From NCBI GenBank assembly GCA_964016885.1, contig OZ024751.1:34410001-34474000 (forward strand): DNA of 64,000 bases, given 5' to 3'. The position numbers were made by a program, and so were the translations under genes. This document shows, in pieces, positions 1-16,234 of this stretch. The notes below the pieces were generated by a model that searched no databases, had not been told where the DNA came from, and saw only the letters and a list, made by a program, of their open reading frames with translations. Numbering within the stretch: position 1 is the first letter of the stretch; every line of letters begins with the position of its first letter. The stretch comes from Eledone cirrhosa. Taxonomy: Eukaryota.

Positions 1-1137
<1,137 letters not shown>

Positions 1138-1203
1138 CTATATACCTCTTCCTGATCTTTCCCTTTTCTGGTTGTCTTCAGTGATGGTCAGATCCACTTT
1201 ACG

Positions 1204-1513
1204 ACCTTCACCTGACCAAGTACACCACAGCTATGTTGAGGTGAGGACTATATGTTCTAGTTACATGTTACTATTAGTCTTACCTTCACCTGACCAAGTA
1301 CACCACAGCTATGTTGAGGTGAGGACTATATGTTCTAGTTACATGTTACTATTAGTCTTACCTTCACCTGACCAAGTACACCACAGCTATGTTGAGGTGA
1401 GGACTATATGTTCTAGTTACATGATACTATTAGTCTTACCTTCACCTGACCAAGTACACCACAGCTATGTTGAGGTGAGGACTATATATTCTAGTTACAT
1501 CTTACTATTAGTC
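1204..1513. repeat. 78-bp minisatellite, ~4 near-identical copies
   Basis: Unit ACCTTCACCTGACCAAGTACACC...TTAGTC starts at 1204, 1282, 1360 and 1438. Confidence 0.95.
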
Positions 1514-1639
1514 ATACAACAAATATAACAGTACTTAGCTTTCATTGTGTCGCCATTATTACACATAAACACGGTAGAGAGCTATAACTGTACACTAATA
1601 TAACATATCACCATTCTAATCTATCACCATAACACCCTA

Positions 1640-2852
1640 CTAACATACTCTCTACCACTATACCATTATACCACCATACCACTATAAAACCATACCACTA
1701 TACCACCATACGATCATACCACTATACTACCATACCATTATACCACTATACCACCATACCACTATACCACTATACACTATACCACCATACCACTATACCA
1801 CTATACCACTATACCACCATACCACTATACCACTATACACTATACCACTATACACCATACCACTATGCCACTATACCACTATACCACCATACCACTATAG
1901 CACCATACCACTATACCACTATACACTATACCACTATACCACCATACCACTATACCACCATACCACTATACCACCATACCACTATACCACTATACACTAT
2001 ACCACCATACCACTATACCACCATACCACTATACCACTATACCACTATACACTATACCACCAACCGCCACACCACTATACACTATACCACCATACCACTA
2101 TACCACTATACCACCATACCACTATAACATTATACCACTATACACTATACCACCATACCACTATACCACTATACCACCATACCACTATACCACTATACAC
2201 TATACCACTATACACCATACCACTATGCCACTATACCACTATACCACCATACCACTATACCACCATACCACTATACCACTATACACTATACCACCATACC
2301 ACTATACCACCATATCACTATACCACCATACCACTATACCACTATACACTATACCACCATGCCACTATACCACCATACCACTATACCACTATACCACTAT
2401 ACACTATACCACCAACCGCCACACCACTATACACTATACCACCATACCACTATACCACTATACCACCATACCACTATACCACTATACCACTATACCACTA
2501 TACCACTATACCACCATACCACCATACCACTATACCACCATACCACCATACCACCATACCACTATACCAATATACACTATACCACCATACCACTATACCA
2601 CTATACCACCATACCACTATACCACCAAACCACTATACCACCATACCACCATACCACCATACCACTATACCACTATACACTATACCACCATACCACTATA
2701 CCACCATACCACTATACCACCAAACCACTATACCACCATACCACTATACCACTATACCACCATACCACTATACCACTATACACCATACCACTATACCACT
2801 ATACACCATACCACCATACCACTATACCACCATACCACTATACCACCATACC
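1640..2852. repeat. 8-bp satellite (ATACCACY)n
   Basis: Continuous ATACCACT/ATACCACC units with ATACACT variants. Confidence 0.95.
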
Positions 2853-3224
2853 AAGCTGCCAAAATATAAAATATATCTTAAATCATTGTCACAGTTATAA
2901 TTATATTGACGTCATTTAGCATCAATTTACAGTTCATTTCACTTGACGTTTTATGATGAGGAGGAAGGGAGGTGAGAGTGTGGGAAAGAAGGGGTGGTGT
3001 CGGATAGAGGTGGAGGAAGAGGAGTTAGAGGTAAGGCAATAGAAGACAGCAGAGGATGGAAGAGAGAGAGAGCTAAAGGTAAAAAAGGGAGGAACGGGAA
3101 TAGGTATATGTGTGTGTGTGTACATATATATATATATATATTTATTTATTTATCTGTATGTAGGTATGTATATATGTAAATTCGTATGCATGTACGTATA
3201 TATATATGTGCATACATATATATA

Positions 3225-3359
<135 letters not shown>

Positions 3360-3490
3360 GAGATGAGTTTTATTGTAGTACAATAAAGCAATGCAGATAT
3401 CGGATAAGAAGCACTCTACAGTTTGTAGGACTGGAGTATACATAATATATAAGAACAAAAGATGGAACTCTTTTAACCATCTTTTGTTCT

Positions 3491-3593
<103 letters not shown>

Positions 3594-3638
3594 TAAACAA
3601 ATAATGAACAAACAATTCCTTATATTAAACAAAAAAAG

Positions 3639-3793
3639 TTCACTATTTAACGATCGTTTCTAGGGTATATATGTGTTATAATTGGTATGCATATTTAACA
3701 GATCTATGTACAAAATTATACAAAATTATACAAATTATCAAGATTAAATATACATACCTAACTCATATATACGCCGTCTTCAGAAATAATGAA
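3639..3793 (-). ncRNA. Type I hammerhead ribozyme near the PLE 3' end (copy 1)
   Basis: Minus strand: TTCATTATTT-CTGAAGA-[116-nt stem II]-GAA-ACGATCGT-T^AAATAGTGAA; 10-bp stem I, palindromic stem III, GUU triplet. Confidence 0.85.
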
Positions 3794-4947
3794 GTATATT
3801 TATTGATAATAATAACAATTCAAAATATCAGTTCAAAATTGACCAATGAAAACACAAAGGGTTAAAAGCAGTTTGGTGTGTGTATATACATGTAAAAACC
3901 TTACACATATTTTACAATAATGTGTGTATAATTTGTATGTGCATACTAAAAAGATGGATGCAAACACAAAATTTCAAGGTTAATATCTCTGTAAGCTTAA
4001 TGCGCTGATAAGATACGCAATGATACTTATGGAGTCAAGCATATAAATATATTTTTTTCATACTCACACATATCAGTATAATCACACACACATGTGCGTA
4101 TATGCATAAATATACACATAACCACGAACATACAAACACACACACTCCCCCACTCACATTTATATATGTGGATATAAAATCATAAGCAAATAGAAATTAA
4201 GTCACTCACATAAAAACACTGGCACACACATTTCAAGATCAAGATACAGAAATTAGGTGGGAGGGGGGGGGGGGAGGGGTCAGTATTAGATTGTCAGACC
4301 AGACTGCCTAATATAAATGTATCTATAAATTAAGAAAAATAAAAAAATAAAAACAATAAAATATAATAAATATAATATAATGTACATACACATACAGATA
4401 TACAAACACATACATACATGTACGCGCACATAGAGATATTTACACATACATACATACACACATACCTATACAGTCATACACACACATACATTTACACGAA
4501 CATATACATACACATATAAAAAGATATAAATACACACACACTCACGCGCAACACATACACACATACACATATATATATACATATATATATATATATACAC
4601 ATATATACACACACACATAGACTCATATATATATATATACATATACATACATATATATAAACATATATATCCACACACTCATACCACCATAAATACACAT
4701 ACAAACACCCACATGTATATATATATATATATATACATATCCACATACACACACGTACACATATATATATATATACATATATACACATACATATATATAT
4801 ATACACACACATAAAAAACAGACATGCACATATATATATATATATATATATATTTCATTACTCTTATATATACACATAGTATATATACATACACAACCTC
4901 ACTTATACACATACACATAAGTTATATTACAATAATAATAAAGAATA

Positions 4948-4979
<32 letters not shown>

Positions 4980-5103
4980 ATATATACACATATATATATA
5001 TATATACATACATACATACACATACATACATACACATAAATATATACATACATAAATACACACATACGAATAAAGACATATATTCACACATAGACACCTA
5101 TAT

Positions 5104-5184
<81 letters not shown>

Positions 5185-6328
5185 CACACACACACACACA
5201 CACAGAGACACACATACACACTCACATATATATATATATATATGTGTATGTGAGTGTGCGCAAATACACATATATACACACACACATACAAACACACACA
5301 AACACATACATATGCATACGTGCACACACACACACATATATCACATAGATACGAAGATAAACATATAAATAGAGAGACATACAAATATATACAGAACCCA
5401 TATACACATACATACAAACACGCATATACATATACATACATATATACACATATATATATTCCTATATACAAGCATACACATACATACACATATATACATA
5501 TACATACACATATACATACCACACATTCACATACACATACATATATAATACATATATATACATGTATATACATACATATGTATGTACAATCATATATACA
5601 CACTCAATCTTACATTCATATTTACATGCTCATATATGTATTTTTATATTTAGAAATAAATACCAAAACCTATATAGACACCCACCTACACATATATTCA
5701 TACATATACGCTTACAAAAACAGATGATAATAGTATGGGGGAAAGGGGGGGTTTGGAGAAGGGGATCAAAGTAAATATATGTTTCAAGAAACATATAATA
5801 TTTTCCGTATCTTAATTCAATGTATGTTCTTACATATTTTCAGTGCTAGGAAATACGAAATCTATGCATCTCAAAACAAAAAATTAAACCATTAATCATA
5901 TGTTAACTAAACCAAAGATAGTCAACATATTGATTTCCAAGGTGTAAATTAGTTAGGTTTATAATATTTGAAGCAGAATTATGAAGTCAAACAGTAGTAG
6001 ATTATTAATTACATTATAACTAAATTAAAGTTAATAACGTTATGGTATCAATATTAGGAGATGAATTTAGTAATAGGGAAAAGAAACCCAAATAAAAATA
6101 AAATAAAGTATTACATCGGTAGTAGCATATAAATTATATGTTAACTAAATTAAAAATTATATATTTATTTCAATAGTATACGTTAATTAGTATATGTTAA
6201 TTAGGTATATAATACATAAAGCAGATATTGTATTTCATCAATAGCATAATATAATTATATGCAAATAAAAATCAAAATTAATACGCACACATATACATAT
6301 ACATACACATACACATATATATACATAT

Positions 6329-6381
<53 letters not shown>

Positions 6382-6944
6382 CATACACATATATACATAT
6401 ATACTCACATAAATATACATACAGATACACATACAACACACACATATATACATATACATATAGATATACATATCTTTTTCAAAAAATTGCACAGAATATA
6501 TTAACTAGGTATATATCCAAAACACATCCCATTCTATGATTACATGACATTCTGCAATTCGTCTGTACAAGGATACTAATTTCAAGCAAATTAAAATTAA
6601 AGTTTTAGGTTGATTAAAACTAAAACCAAATAATAAATATATTTCCAAAATGTATATTAATTAGGTCTATAATACTAAAAATTCTTTCTCCGTCATTGGA
6701 TACATGATATTATTTTGTTATATTTTATCTGTAAAAGAATTATAATAAAAAAAATTATAATAAAAGGTTAAAACAAATTAAAATTAATCTATAAATTAAA
6801 TTACTGAGTATATATTAGTAATATTTAAAGGTTTTTCAAAATTTATGATTACATAATATTTTCTCATCTTTAATAAAATATTAATTAAATTAAATTTATA
6901 GGTTAACTAACATTTAAATTAAATTAAATTCTAGAATAATGTTA

Positions 6945-9386
6945 TTAATTAGGTTTATAATATTTAAATGTTTTTTTTAGTTTATGATTACACGATATAA
7001 TTAATTCCTGTCTTTTATTTAATAAGATATCCCTAGACTTCATTATTTCAAATAGTTCTTGGGAACATAATCTACATTCCTTTCTATTATTTTGATAAGG
7101 GGTGGCTCTTTTGAGCACACTCCAGGTCAAATCATATTTTATATTTTTATTTTTATAACTATTGATTTTTTCTGCTAGAGATGTTGTATTAGCCAGTGCG
7201 GCATTTTTAAAGCTATGTTTGTGGGTATTATACCTTGTCTTAAAATTGTTAGAGGTAGCTCCTATATATGAGCAAATAGAATCTTTAGTTTTAACATTAC
7301 ATTTATAGACTATGTTGTTAACAAGACAATTCCCTTTTAATGGGCAGTTTGTTTTGTTTCTACAGTTACATCCTTTCGTTAATTCTGTATTTGAGGAGAT
7401 ATTATTGTTAATTTGATGTACTGGTGGTATACTTATGGTTTTCTTACATTTATATGCATTATATGCACTTATATTTTGTTTTATGTTATTTGTTGTAGAG
7501 TATGAGAATTTAACTGTAGACCTATTTAAGATTTGATGGTATTTGTGGTTTGGCGGGAAGTTTTTCTCAAGGATATAAAAAATTTTTTTAGCAATATTAT
7601 CCTTAACTTGTAAATTAAAAGGAGCATTATACCAAGTAACTCGTCTATTACGGTTTCTATGTTGTTTATTATTTTTATTATTTTTATATGTTGTATCATG
7701 ATTTTTACTAGGAGGATTAATGTTAATGATCTCACCACAACTATTTTTAGTTTTATTTGTAGATTTAGGTGTTTTATCTTTTTTATTAGGAGTTTTATTA
7801 TTAATATTTATTATAGTTGTATGATGAGTAGTTTTTTGAGGGTTACTATACTTTATATTAGAAGATTTAGTATTTTGGGGTATACTGTGGGTGGCATTTA
7901 GGTGTGTACTTTTCATTTGGTGTTTGTTGGTAATATTATGCTGTATGCTTTCAGTATTTTTAGTAGAAGGTATATACTCTAATCTATTTTTGTGGCCACT
8001 TCTATCTAGAGCTTCATTATAAAAGGTCGCATTTTTATCAAATACATCTTGGTTAGAAGAAAGGTTAGAAATTCTAAGTGATATATTATATGCAAGGTTT
8101 TTAAGGATAGATTTAGGGTGATTAGATTGTGAGTGTATGTAATGTAAGTTTTGGTTAGGTTTATGGTAAGGTTGGTATATACCCGTAGCTAAATCTAAAG
8201 TTATATCTAGGAAATTTACTACTTTACTTGTTTTTTCAAAAGTAATATTAAGATTATAATAGTCTTTAAGGAAAGTTCTAATATGCTTTTTGTTTTTTTC
8301 GATTTCTGAAAGGCTAAGGTTGTTAGAAAGAAGAAGACAGTCATCACGATATAAACCACCTTTGAGGTGGGGAAAAGAGGCATTTATGTTGAAAAGGAGA
8401 AAGAGGCCCACAAGATCAGTAATTTGGGCGGAATCACTTGAACCCATAGTAATATCAAAAAGATTACTGTATGTGTTTCTGGTCCAGTATTCATTCTGAA
8501 ATTCAATAAGTGTTTGTCTAGCATGTGTAATAATGTTAATGTCATCCGAAGTTAAATTAGATCTATTTTTAGCAAATATTAATGCTTTGTTCAGGAGTAT
8601 GGGTGATATAGAAGAATAGTAATTATCTATATCAAATTGTAGGAAAGAAGCAGAAGATTTACACCTAATATTTTTAAACCAATTAATTACCTGGGAGGTG
8701 TTTTCCCAGAGTGGTAAAATAACGTATTTTCTTATTTGTGGGATGACTCTATCTAAAATTTTTTTGCTAATTATTCCAATATCTGATTTGGAGGGACATA
8801 TAAGTCTAATAGAAGGATTAGAGTTAAAGTTAGATTTGTGATCTTTCAGGTTGAAGTGTGGTCTTTTCAATGCCAAAGGTTCAGTTCTATCTTCAATATT
8901 TAGTTTTTTTACTATGTTGTGTGTTTTGTTGTTGATGTTGGTGAGTGACACATTATTAGATTTTTTATAATTTTTTCTGAGTTCTTTAAATATGAACTCA
9001 TTATAATGTTCAATATCCATATGATACAAGTTACCAGTTTTGTCCGAGTGGACATGGATTTTTTTAGACTTTTTTAGGTCCAATAGGGTAGAATCAAGGT
9101 CCTTTTGAAAGACGGATTTATACTTTTTAAATTTGAGGTGTTTAATTAAATTAAAAAGGTCTTTCTCGAAGTCTTCAAGTAAAAAGTTGTGTGGTGGATT
9201 CTTGTAAGTGTTGAAATCATACATATATTTCCGATCTGCCTGTTTAGATTTTCTATCGAAGTGGTAGGCTCTCCATCTAACCCTTCTGATAAAATTATTA
9301 GTTTTCTGAATCATAAGGAGTAAGAAGTCGTCCTTAGAAGGTATTGGTATGTTTTTTAAGGAGGTTCCTAAATATTGTTTTTCCAT
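6945..9386 (-). CDS. PLE reverse transcriptase + C-terminal GIY-YIG endonuclease, 813 aa from the first ATG (Hydra-clade-like)
   Basis: Uninterrupted ORF with SDKTGNLY, FDIDNYYSSI (RT motif A), TMGSSDSAQITDLVG (B), GLYRDDCL (C), VNFLDITL, SNHP thumb, CNCRNKTNCPLKGNC (CxCx5Cx5C), IVY-x-YIG, FKTRY..H, CRLC, LLNKRQE. The track start at 9407 is TTG; the first ATG is at 9386. Clade assignment is from recalled motifs. Confidence 0.95.
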   Translation of the reverse strand: MEKQYLGTSLKNIPIPSKDDFLLLMIQKTNNFIRRVRWRAYHFDRKSKQADRKYMYDFNTYKNPPHNFLLEDFEKDLFNLIKHLKFKKYKSVFQKDLDSTLLDLKKSKKIHVHSDKTGNLYHMDIEHYNEFIFKELRKNYKKSNNVSLTNINNKTHNIVKKLNIEDRTEPLALKRPHFNLKDHKSNFNSNPSIRLICPSKSDIGIISKKILDRVIPQIRKYVILPLWENTSQVINWFKNIRCKSSASFLQFDIDNYYSSISPILLNKALIFAKNRSNLTSDDINIITHARQTLIEFQNEYWTRNTYSNLFDITMGSSDSAQITDLVGLFLLFNINASFPHLKGGLYRDDCLLLSNNLSLSEIEKNKKHIRTFLKDYYNLNITFEKTSKVVNFLDITLDLATGIYQPYHKPNQNLHYIHSQSNHPKSILKNLAYNISLRISNLSSNQDVFDKNATFYNEALDRSGHKNRLEYIPSTKNTESIQHNITNKHQMKSTHLNATHSIPQNTKSSNIKYSNPQKTTHHTTIININNKTPNKKDKTPKSTNKTKNSCGEIININPPSKNHDTTYKNNKNNKQHRNRNRRVTWYNAPFNLQVKDNIAKKIFYILEKNFPPNHKYHQILNRSTVKFSYSTTNNIKQNISAYNAYKCKKTISIPPVHQINNNISSNTELTKGCNCRNKTNCPLKGNCLVNNIVYKCNVKTKDSICSYIGATSNNFKTRYNTHKHSFKNAALANTTSLAEKINSYKNKNIKYDLTWSVLKRATPYQNNRKECRLCSQELFEIMKSRDILLNKRQELIISCNHKLKKTFKYYKPN

Positions 9387-9675
9387 TGTGATATGGATGA
9401 TGGACAATTGAAAGAGCTCAACTAAATGTATATGGGTTTACAAAATCATACATATATATATGTTTATACATAAATATAAAATTAATACACACATACAGTA
9501 CAAAAATACGAATATTTCCGTGAAAATAGGAGCAAAATTATGTAGATAAATCTACCAAGAGTTTACGGTAGTGTCCAATCCGTATGAAGAACTCAATGTA
9601 TTCCGGATATCATGGAAAGAAGAGATGTAATGAAAATCCACTCTCGGTGAAAGATAAACGGTATACAGAGTCAAG

Positions 9676-11036
9676 ATAAAATATTAAACAAATAATGAAC
9701 AAACAATTCCTTATATTAAACAAAAAAAGTTCACTATTTAACGATCGTTTCTAGGGTATATATGTGTTATAATTGGTATGCATATTTAACAGATCTATGT
9801 ACAAAATTATACAAAATTATACAAATTATCAAGATTAAATATACATACCTAACTCATATATACGCCGTCTTCAGAAATAATGAAGTATATTTATTGATAA
9901 TAATAACAATTCAAAATATCAGTTCAAAATTGACCAATGAAAACACAAAGGGTTAAAAGCAGTTTGGTGTGTGTATATACATGTAAAAACCTTACACATA
10001 TTTTACAATAATGTGTGTATAATTTGTATGTGCATACTAAAAAGATGGATGCAAACACAAAATTTCAAGGTTAATATCTCTGTAAGCTTAATGCGCTGAT
10101 AAGATACGCAATGATACTTATGGAGTCAAGCATATAAATATATTTTTTTCATACTCACACATATCAGTATAATCACACACACATGTGCGTATATGCATAA
10201 ATATACACATAACCACGAACATACAAACACACACACTCCCCCACTCACATTTATATATGTGGATATAAAATCATAAGCAAATAGAAATTAAGTCACTCAC
10301 ATAAAAACACTGGCACACACATTTCAAGATCAAGATACAGAAATTAGGTGGGAGGGGGGGGAGGGGTCAGTATTAGATTGTCAGACCAGACTGCCTAATA
10401 TAAATGTATCTATAAATTAAGAAAAATAAAAAAATAAAAACAATAAAATATAATAAATATAATATAATGTACATACACATACAGATATACAAACACATAC
10501 ATACATGTACGCGCACATAGAGATATTTACACATACATACATACACACATACCTATACAGTCATACACACACATACATTTACACGAACATATACATACAC
10601 ATATAAAAAGATATAAATACACACACACTCACGCGCAACACATACACACATACACATATATATATACATATATATATATATATACACATATATACACACA
10701 CACATAGACTCATATATATATATATACATATACATACATATATATAAACATATATATCCACACACTCATACCACCATAAATACACATACAAACACCCACA
10801 TGTATATATATATATATATATACATATCCACATACACACACGTACACATATATATATATATACATATATACACATACATATATATATATACACACACATA
10901 AAAAACAGACATGCACATATATATATATATATATATATATTTCATTACTCTTATATATACACATAGTATATATACATACACAACCTCACTTATACACATA
11001 TACACATAAGTTATATTACAATAATAATAAAGAATA

Positions 11037-11068
<32 letters not shown>

Positions 11069-11223
11069 ATATATACACATATATATATATATATACATAC
11101 ATACATACACATACATACATACACATAAATATATACATACATAAATACACACATACGAATAAAGACATATATTCACACATAGACACCTATATACACATAT
11201 ATATATATATATATATATATATC

Positions 11224-11271
<48 letters not shown>

Positions 11272-12417
11272 CACACACACACACACACACAGAGACACAC
11301 ATACACACTCACATATATATATATATATATGTGTATGTGAGTGTGCGCAAATACACATATATATACACACACACATACAAACACACACAAACACATACAT
11401 ATGCATACGTGCACACACACACACATATATCACATAGATACGAAGATAAACATATAAATAGAGAGACATACAAATATATACAGAACCCATATACACATAC
11501 ATACAAACACGCATATACATATACATACATATATACACATATATATATTCCTATATACAAGCATACACATACATACACATATATACATATACATACACAT
11601 ATACATACCACACATTCACATACACATACATATATAATACATATATATACATATATATACATACATATGTATGTACAATCATATATACACACTCAATCTT
11701 ACATTCATATTTACATGCTCATATATGTATTTTTATATTTAGAAATAAATACCAAAACCTATATAGACACCCACCTACACATATATTCATACATATACGC
11801 TTACAAAAACAGATGATAATAGTATGGGGGAAAGGGGGGGTTTGGAGAAGGGGATCAAAGTAAATATATGTTTCAAGAAACATATAATATTTTCCGTATC
11901 TTAATTCAATGTATGTTCTTACATATTTTCAGTGCTAGGAAATACGAAATCTATGCATCTCAAAACAAAAAATTAAACCATTAATCATATGTTAACTAAA
12001 CCAAAGATAGTCAACATATTGATTTCCAAGGTGTAAATTAGTTAGGTTTATAATATTTGAAGCAGAATTATGAAGTCAAACAGTAGTAGATTATTAATTA
12101 CATTATAACTAAATTAAAGTTAATAACGTTATGGTATCAATATTAGGAGATGAATTTAGTAATAGGGAAAAGAAACCCAAATAAAAATAAAATAAAGTAT
12201 TACATCGGTAGTAGCATATAAATTATATGTTAACTAAATTAAAAATTATATATTTATTTCAATAGTATACGTTAATTAGTATATGTTAATTAGGTATATA
12301 ATACATAAAGCAGATATTGTATTTCATCAATAGCATAATATAATTATATGCAAATAAAAATCAAAATTAATACGCACACATATACATATACATACACATA
12401 CACATATATATACATAT

Positions 12418-12470
<53 letters not shown>

Positions 12471-13001
12471 CATACACATATATACATATATACTCACATA
12501 AATATACATACAGATACACATACAACACACACATATATACATATACATATAGATATACATATCTTTTTCAAAAAATTGCACAGAATATATTAACTAGGTA
12601 TATATCCAAAACACATCCCATTCTATGATTACATGACATTCTGCAATTCGTCTGTACAAGGATACTAATTTCAAGCAAATTAAAATTAAAGTTTTAGGTT
12701 GATTAAAACTAAAACCAAATAATAAATATATTTCCAAAATGTATATTAATTAGGTCTATAATACTAAAAATTCTTTCTCCGTCATTGGATACATGATATT
12801 ATTTTGTTATATTTTATCTGTAAAAGAATTATAATAAAAAAAATTATAATAAAAGGTTAAAACAAATTAAAATTAATCTATAAATTAAATTACTGAGTAT
12901 ATATTAGTAATATTTAAAGGTTTTTCAAAATTTATGATTACATAATATTTTCTCATCTTTAATAAAATATTAATTAAATTAAATTTATAGGTTAACTAAC
13001 A
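9676..13001 (-). repeat. Upstream direct repeat (pseudo-LTR) of the PLE 3' region, ~3.3 kb
   Basis: Near-identical to 3585-6912; differences seen are mainly microsatellite/homopolymer lengths and a few substitutions. Confidence 0.95.
9730..9884 (-). ncRNA. Type I hammerhead ribozyme (copy 2, upstream of the ORF)
   Basis: Same sequence as 3639-3793, offset 6091. Confidence 0.85.
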
Positions 13002-13304
13002 GAAAAAATCAATAGTTATAAAAATAAAAATATAAAATATGATTTGACCTGGAGTGTGCTCAAAAGAGCCACCCCTTATCAAAATAATAGAAAGGAATGT
13101 AGATTATGTTCCCAAGAACTATTTGAAATAATGAAGTCTAGGGATATCTTATTAAATAAAAGACAGGAATTAATTATATCGTGTAATCATAAACTAAAAA
13201 AAACATTTAAATATTATAAACCTAATTAATAACATTATTCTAGAATTTAATTTAATTTAAATGTTAGTTAACCTATAAATTTAATATATGTATATATGTG
13301 TATG

Positions 13305-13357
<53 letters not shown>

Positions 13358-14503
13358 ATATGTATATATATGTGTATGTGTATGTATATGTATATGTGTG
13401 CGTATTAATTTTGATTTTTATTTGCATATAATTATATTATGCTATTGATGAAATACAATATCTGCTTTATGTATTATATACCTAATTAACATATACTAAT
13501 TAACGTATACTATTGAAATAAATATATAATTTTTAATTTAGTTAACATATAATTTATATGCTACTACCGATGTAATACTTTATTTTATTTTTATTTGGGT
13601 TTCTTTTCCCTATTACTAAATTCATCTCCTAATATTGATACCATAACGTTATTAACTTTAATTTAGTTATAATGTAATTAATAATCTACTACTGTTTGAC
13701 TTCATAATTCTGCTTCAAATATTATAAACCTAACTAATTTACACCTTGGAAATCAATATGTTGACTATCTTTGGTTTAGTTAACATATGATTAATGGTTT
13801 AATTTTTTGTTTTGAGATGCATAGATTTCGTATTTCCTAGCACTGAAAATATGTAAGAACATACATTGAATTAAGATACGGAAAATATTATATGTTTCTT
13901 GAAACATATATTTACTTTGATCCCCTTCTCCAAACCCCCCCTTTCCCCCATACTATTATCATCTGTTTTTGTAAGCGTATATGTATGAATATATGTGTAG
14001 GTGGGTGTCTATATAGGTTTTGGTATTTATTTCTAAATATAAAAATACATATATGAGCATGTAAATATGAATGTAAGATTGAGTGTGTATATATGATTGT
14101 ACATACATATGTATGTATATATATGTATATATATGTATTATATATGTATGTGTATGTGAATGTGTGGTATGTATATGTGTATGTATATGTATATATGTGT
14201 ATGTATGTGTATGCTTGTATATAGGAATATATATATGTGTATATATGTATGTATATGTATATGCGTGTTTGTATGTATGTGTATATGGGTTCTGTATATA
14301 TTTGTATGTCTCTCTATTTATATGTTTATCTTCGTATCTATGTGATATATGTGTGTGTGTGTGCACGTATGCATATGTATGTGTTTGTGTGTGTTTGTAT
14401 GTGTGTGTGTATATATATGTGTATTTGCGCACACTCACATACACATATATATATATATATATGTGAGTGTGTATGTGTGTCTCTGTGTGTGTGTGTGTGT
14501 GTG

Positions 14504-14553
<50 letters not shown>

Positions 14554-14708
14554 GATATATATATATATATATATATATATGTGTATATAGGTGTCTATGT
14601 GTGAATATATGTCTTTATTCGTATGTGTGTATTTATGTATGTATATATTTATGTGTATGTATGTATGTGTATGTATGTATGTATATATATATATATATGT
14701 GTATATAT

Positions 14709-14740
<32 letters not shown>

Positions 14741-15085
14741 TATTCTTTATTATTATTGTAATATAACTTATGTGTATATGTGTATAAGTGAGGTTGTGTA
14801 TGTATATATACTATGTGTATATATAAGAGTAATGAAATATATATATATATATATATATATGTGCATGTCTGTTTTTTATGTGTGTGTATATATATATATG
14901 TATGTGTATATATGTATATATATATATATGTGTACGTGTGTGTATGTGGATATGTATATATATATATATATATACATGTGGGTGTTTGTATGTGTATTTA
15001 TGGTGGTATGAGTGTGTGGATATATATGTTTATATATATGTATGTATATGTATATATATATATATGAGTCTATGTGTGTGTGTAT

Positions 15086-15123
<38 letters not shown>

Positions 15124-16234
15124 GTGTATGTGTGTATGTGTTGCGCGTGAGTGTGTGTGTATTTATATCTTTTTATATGTGTATGTATATGTTCGTGTAA
15201 ATGTATGTGTGTGTATGACTGTATAGGTATGTGTGTATGTATGTATGTGTAAATATCTCTATGTGCGCGTACATGTATGTATGTGTTTGTATATCTGTAT
15301 GTGTATGTACATTATATTATATTTATTATATTTTATTGTTTTTATTTTTTTATTTTTCTTAATTTATAGATACATTTATATTAGGCAGTCTGGTCTGACA
15401 ATCTAATACTGACCCCTCCCCCCCCTCCCACCTAATTTCTGTATCTTGATCTTGAAATGTGTGTGCCAGTGTTTTTATGTGAGTGACTTAATTTCTATTT
15501 GCTTATGATTTTATATCCACATATATAAATGTGAGTGGGGGAGTGTGTGTGTTTGTATGTTCGTGGTTATGTGTATATTTATGCATATACGCACATGTGT
15601 GTGTGATTATACTGATATGTGTGAGTATGAAAAAAATATATTTATATGCTTGACTCCATAAGTATCATTGCGTATCTTATCAGCGCATTAAGCTTACAGA
15701 GATATTAACCTTGAAATTTTGTGTTTGCATCCATCTTTTTAGTATGCACATACAAATTATACACACATTATTGTAAAATATGTGTAAGGTTTTTACATGT
15801 ATATACACACACCAAACTGCTTTTAACCCTTTGTGTTTTCATTGGTCAATTTTGAACTGATATTTTGAATTGTTATTATTATCAATAAATATACTTCATT
15901 ATTTCTGAAGACGGCGTATATATGAGTTAGGTATGTATATTTAATCTTGATAATTTGTATAATTTTGTATAATTTTGTACATAGATCTGTTAAATATGCA
16001 TACCAATTATAACACATATATACCCTAGAAACGATCGTTAAATAGTGAACTTTTTTTGTTTAATATAAGGAATTGTTTGTTCATTATTTGTTTAATATTT
16101 TATCTTGACTCTGTATACCGTTTATCTTTCACCGAGAGTGGATTTTCATTACATCTCTTCTTTCCATGATATCCGGAATACATTGAGTTCTTCATACGGA
16201 TTGGACACTACCGTAAACTCTTGGTAGATTTATC

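Noticed and set aside
3671-3865. 64-aa ORF present three times
   Set aside because: Antisense to the HHR region; recurs only because the PLE repeat is triplicated.
6945-9386. Telomerase, group II intron or Naiad (selenoprotein) assignment for the RT
   Set aside because: C-terminal GIY-YIG, pseudo-LTRs and HHRs indicate a C-terminal-endonuclease PLE; no in-frame TGA and no N-terminal endonuclease.
13044-13229. Separate 61-aa gene
   Set aside because: Inverted duplicate of the PLE ORF C-terminus.
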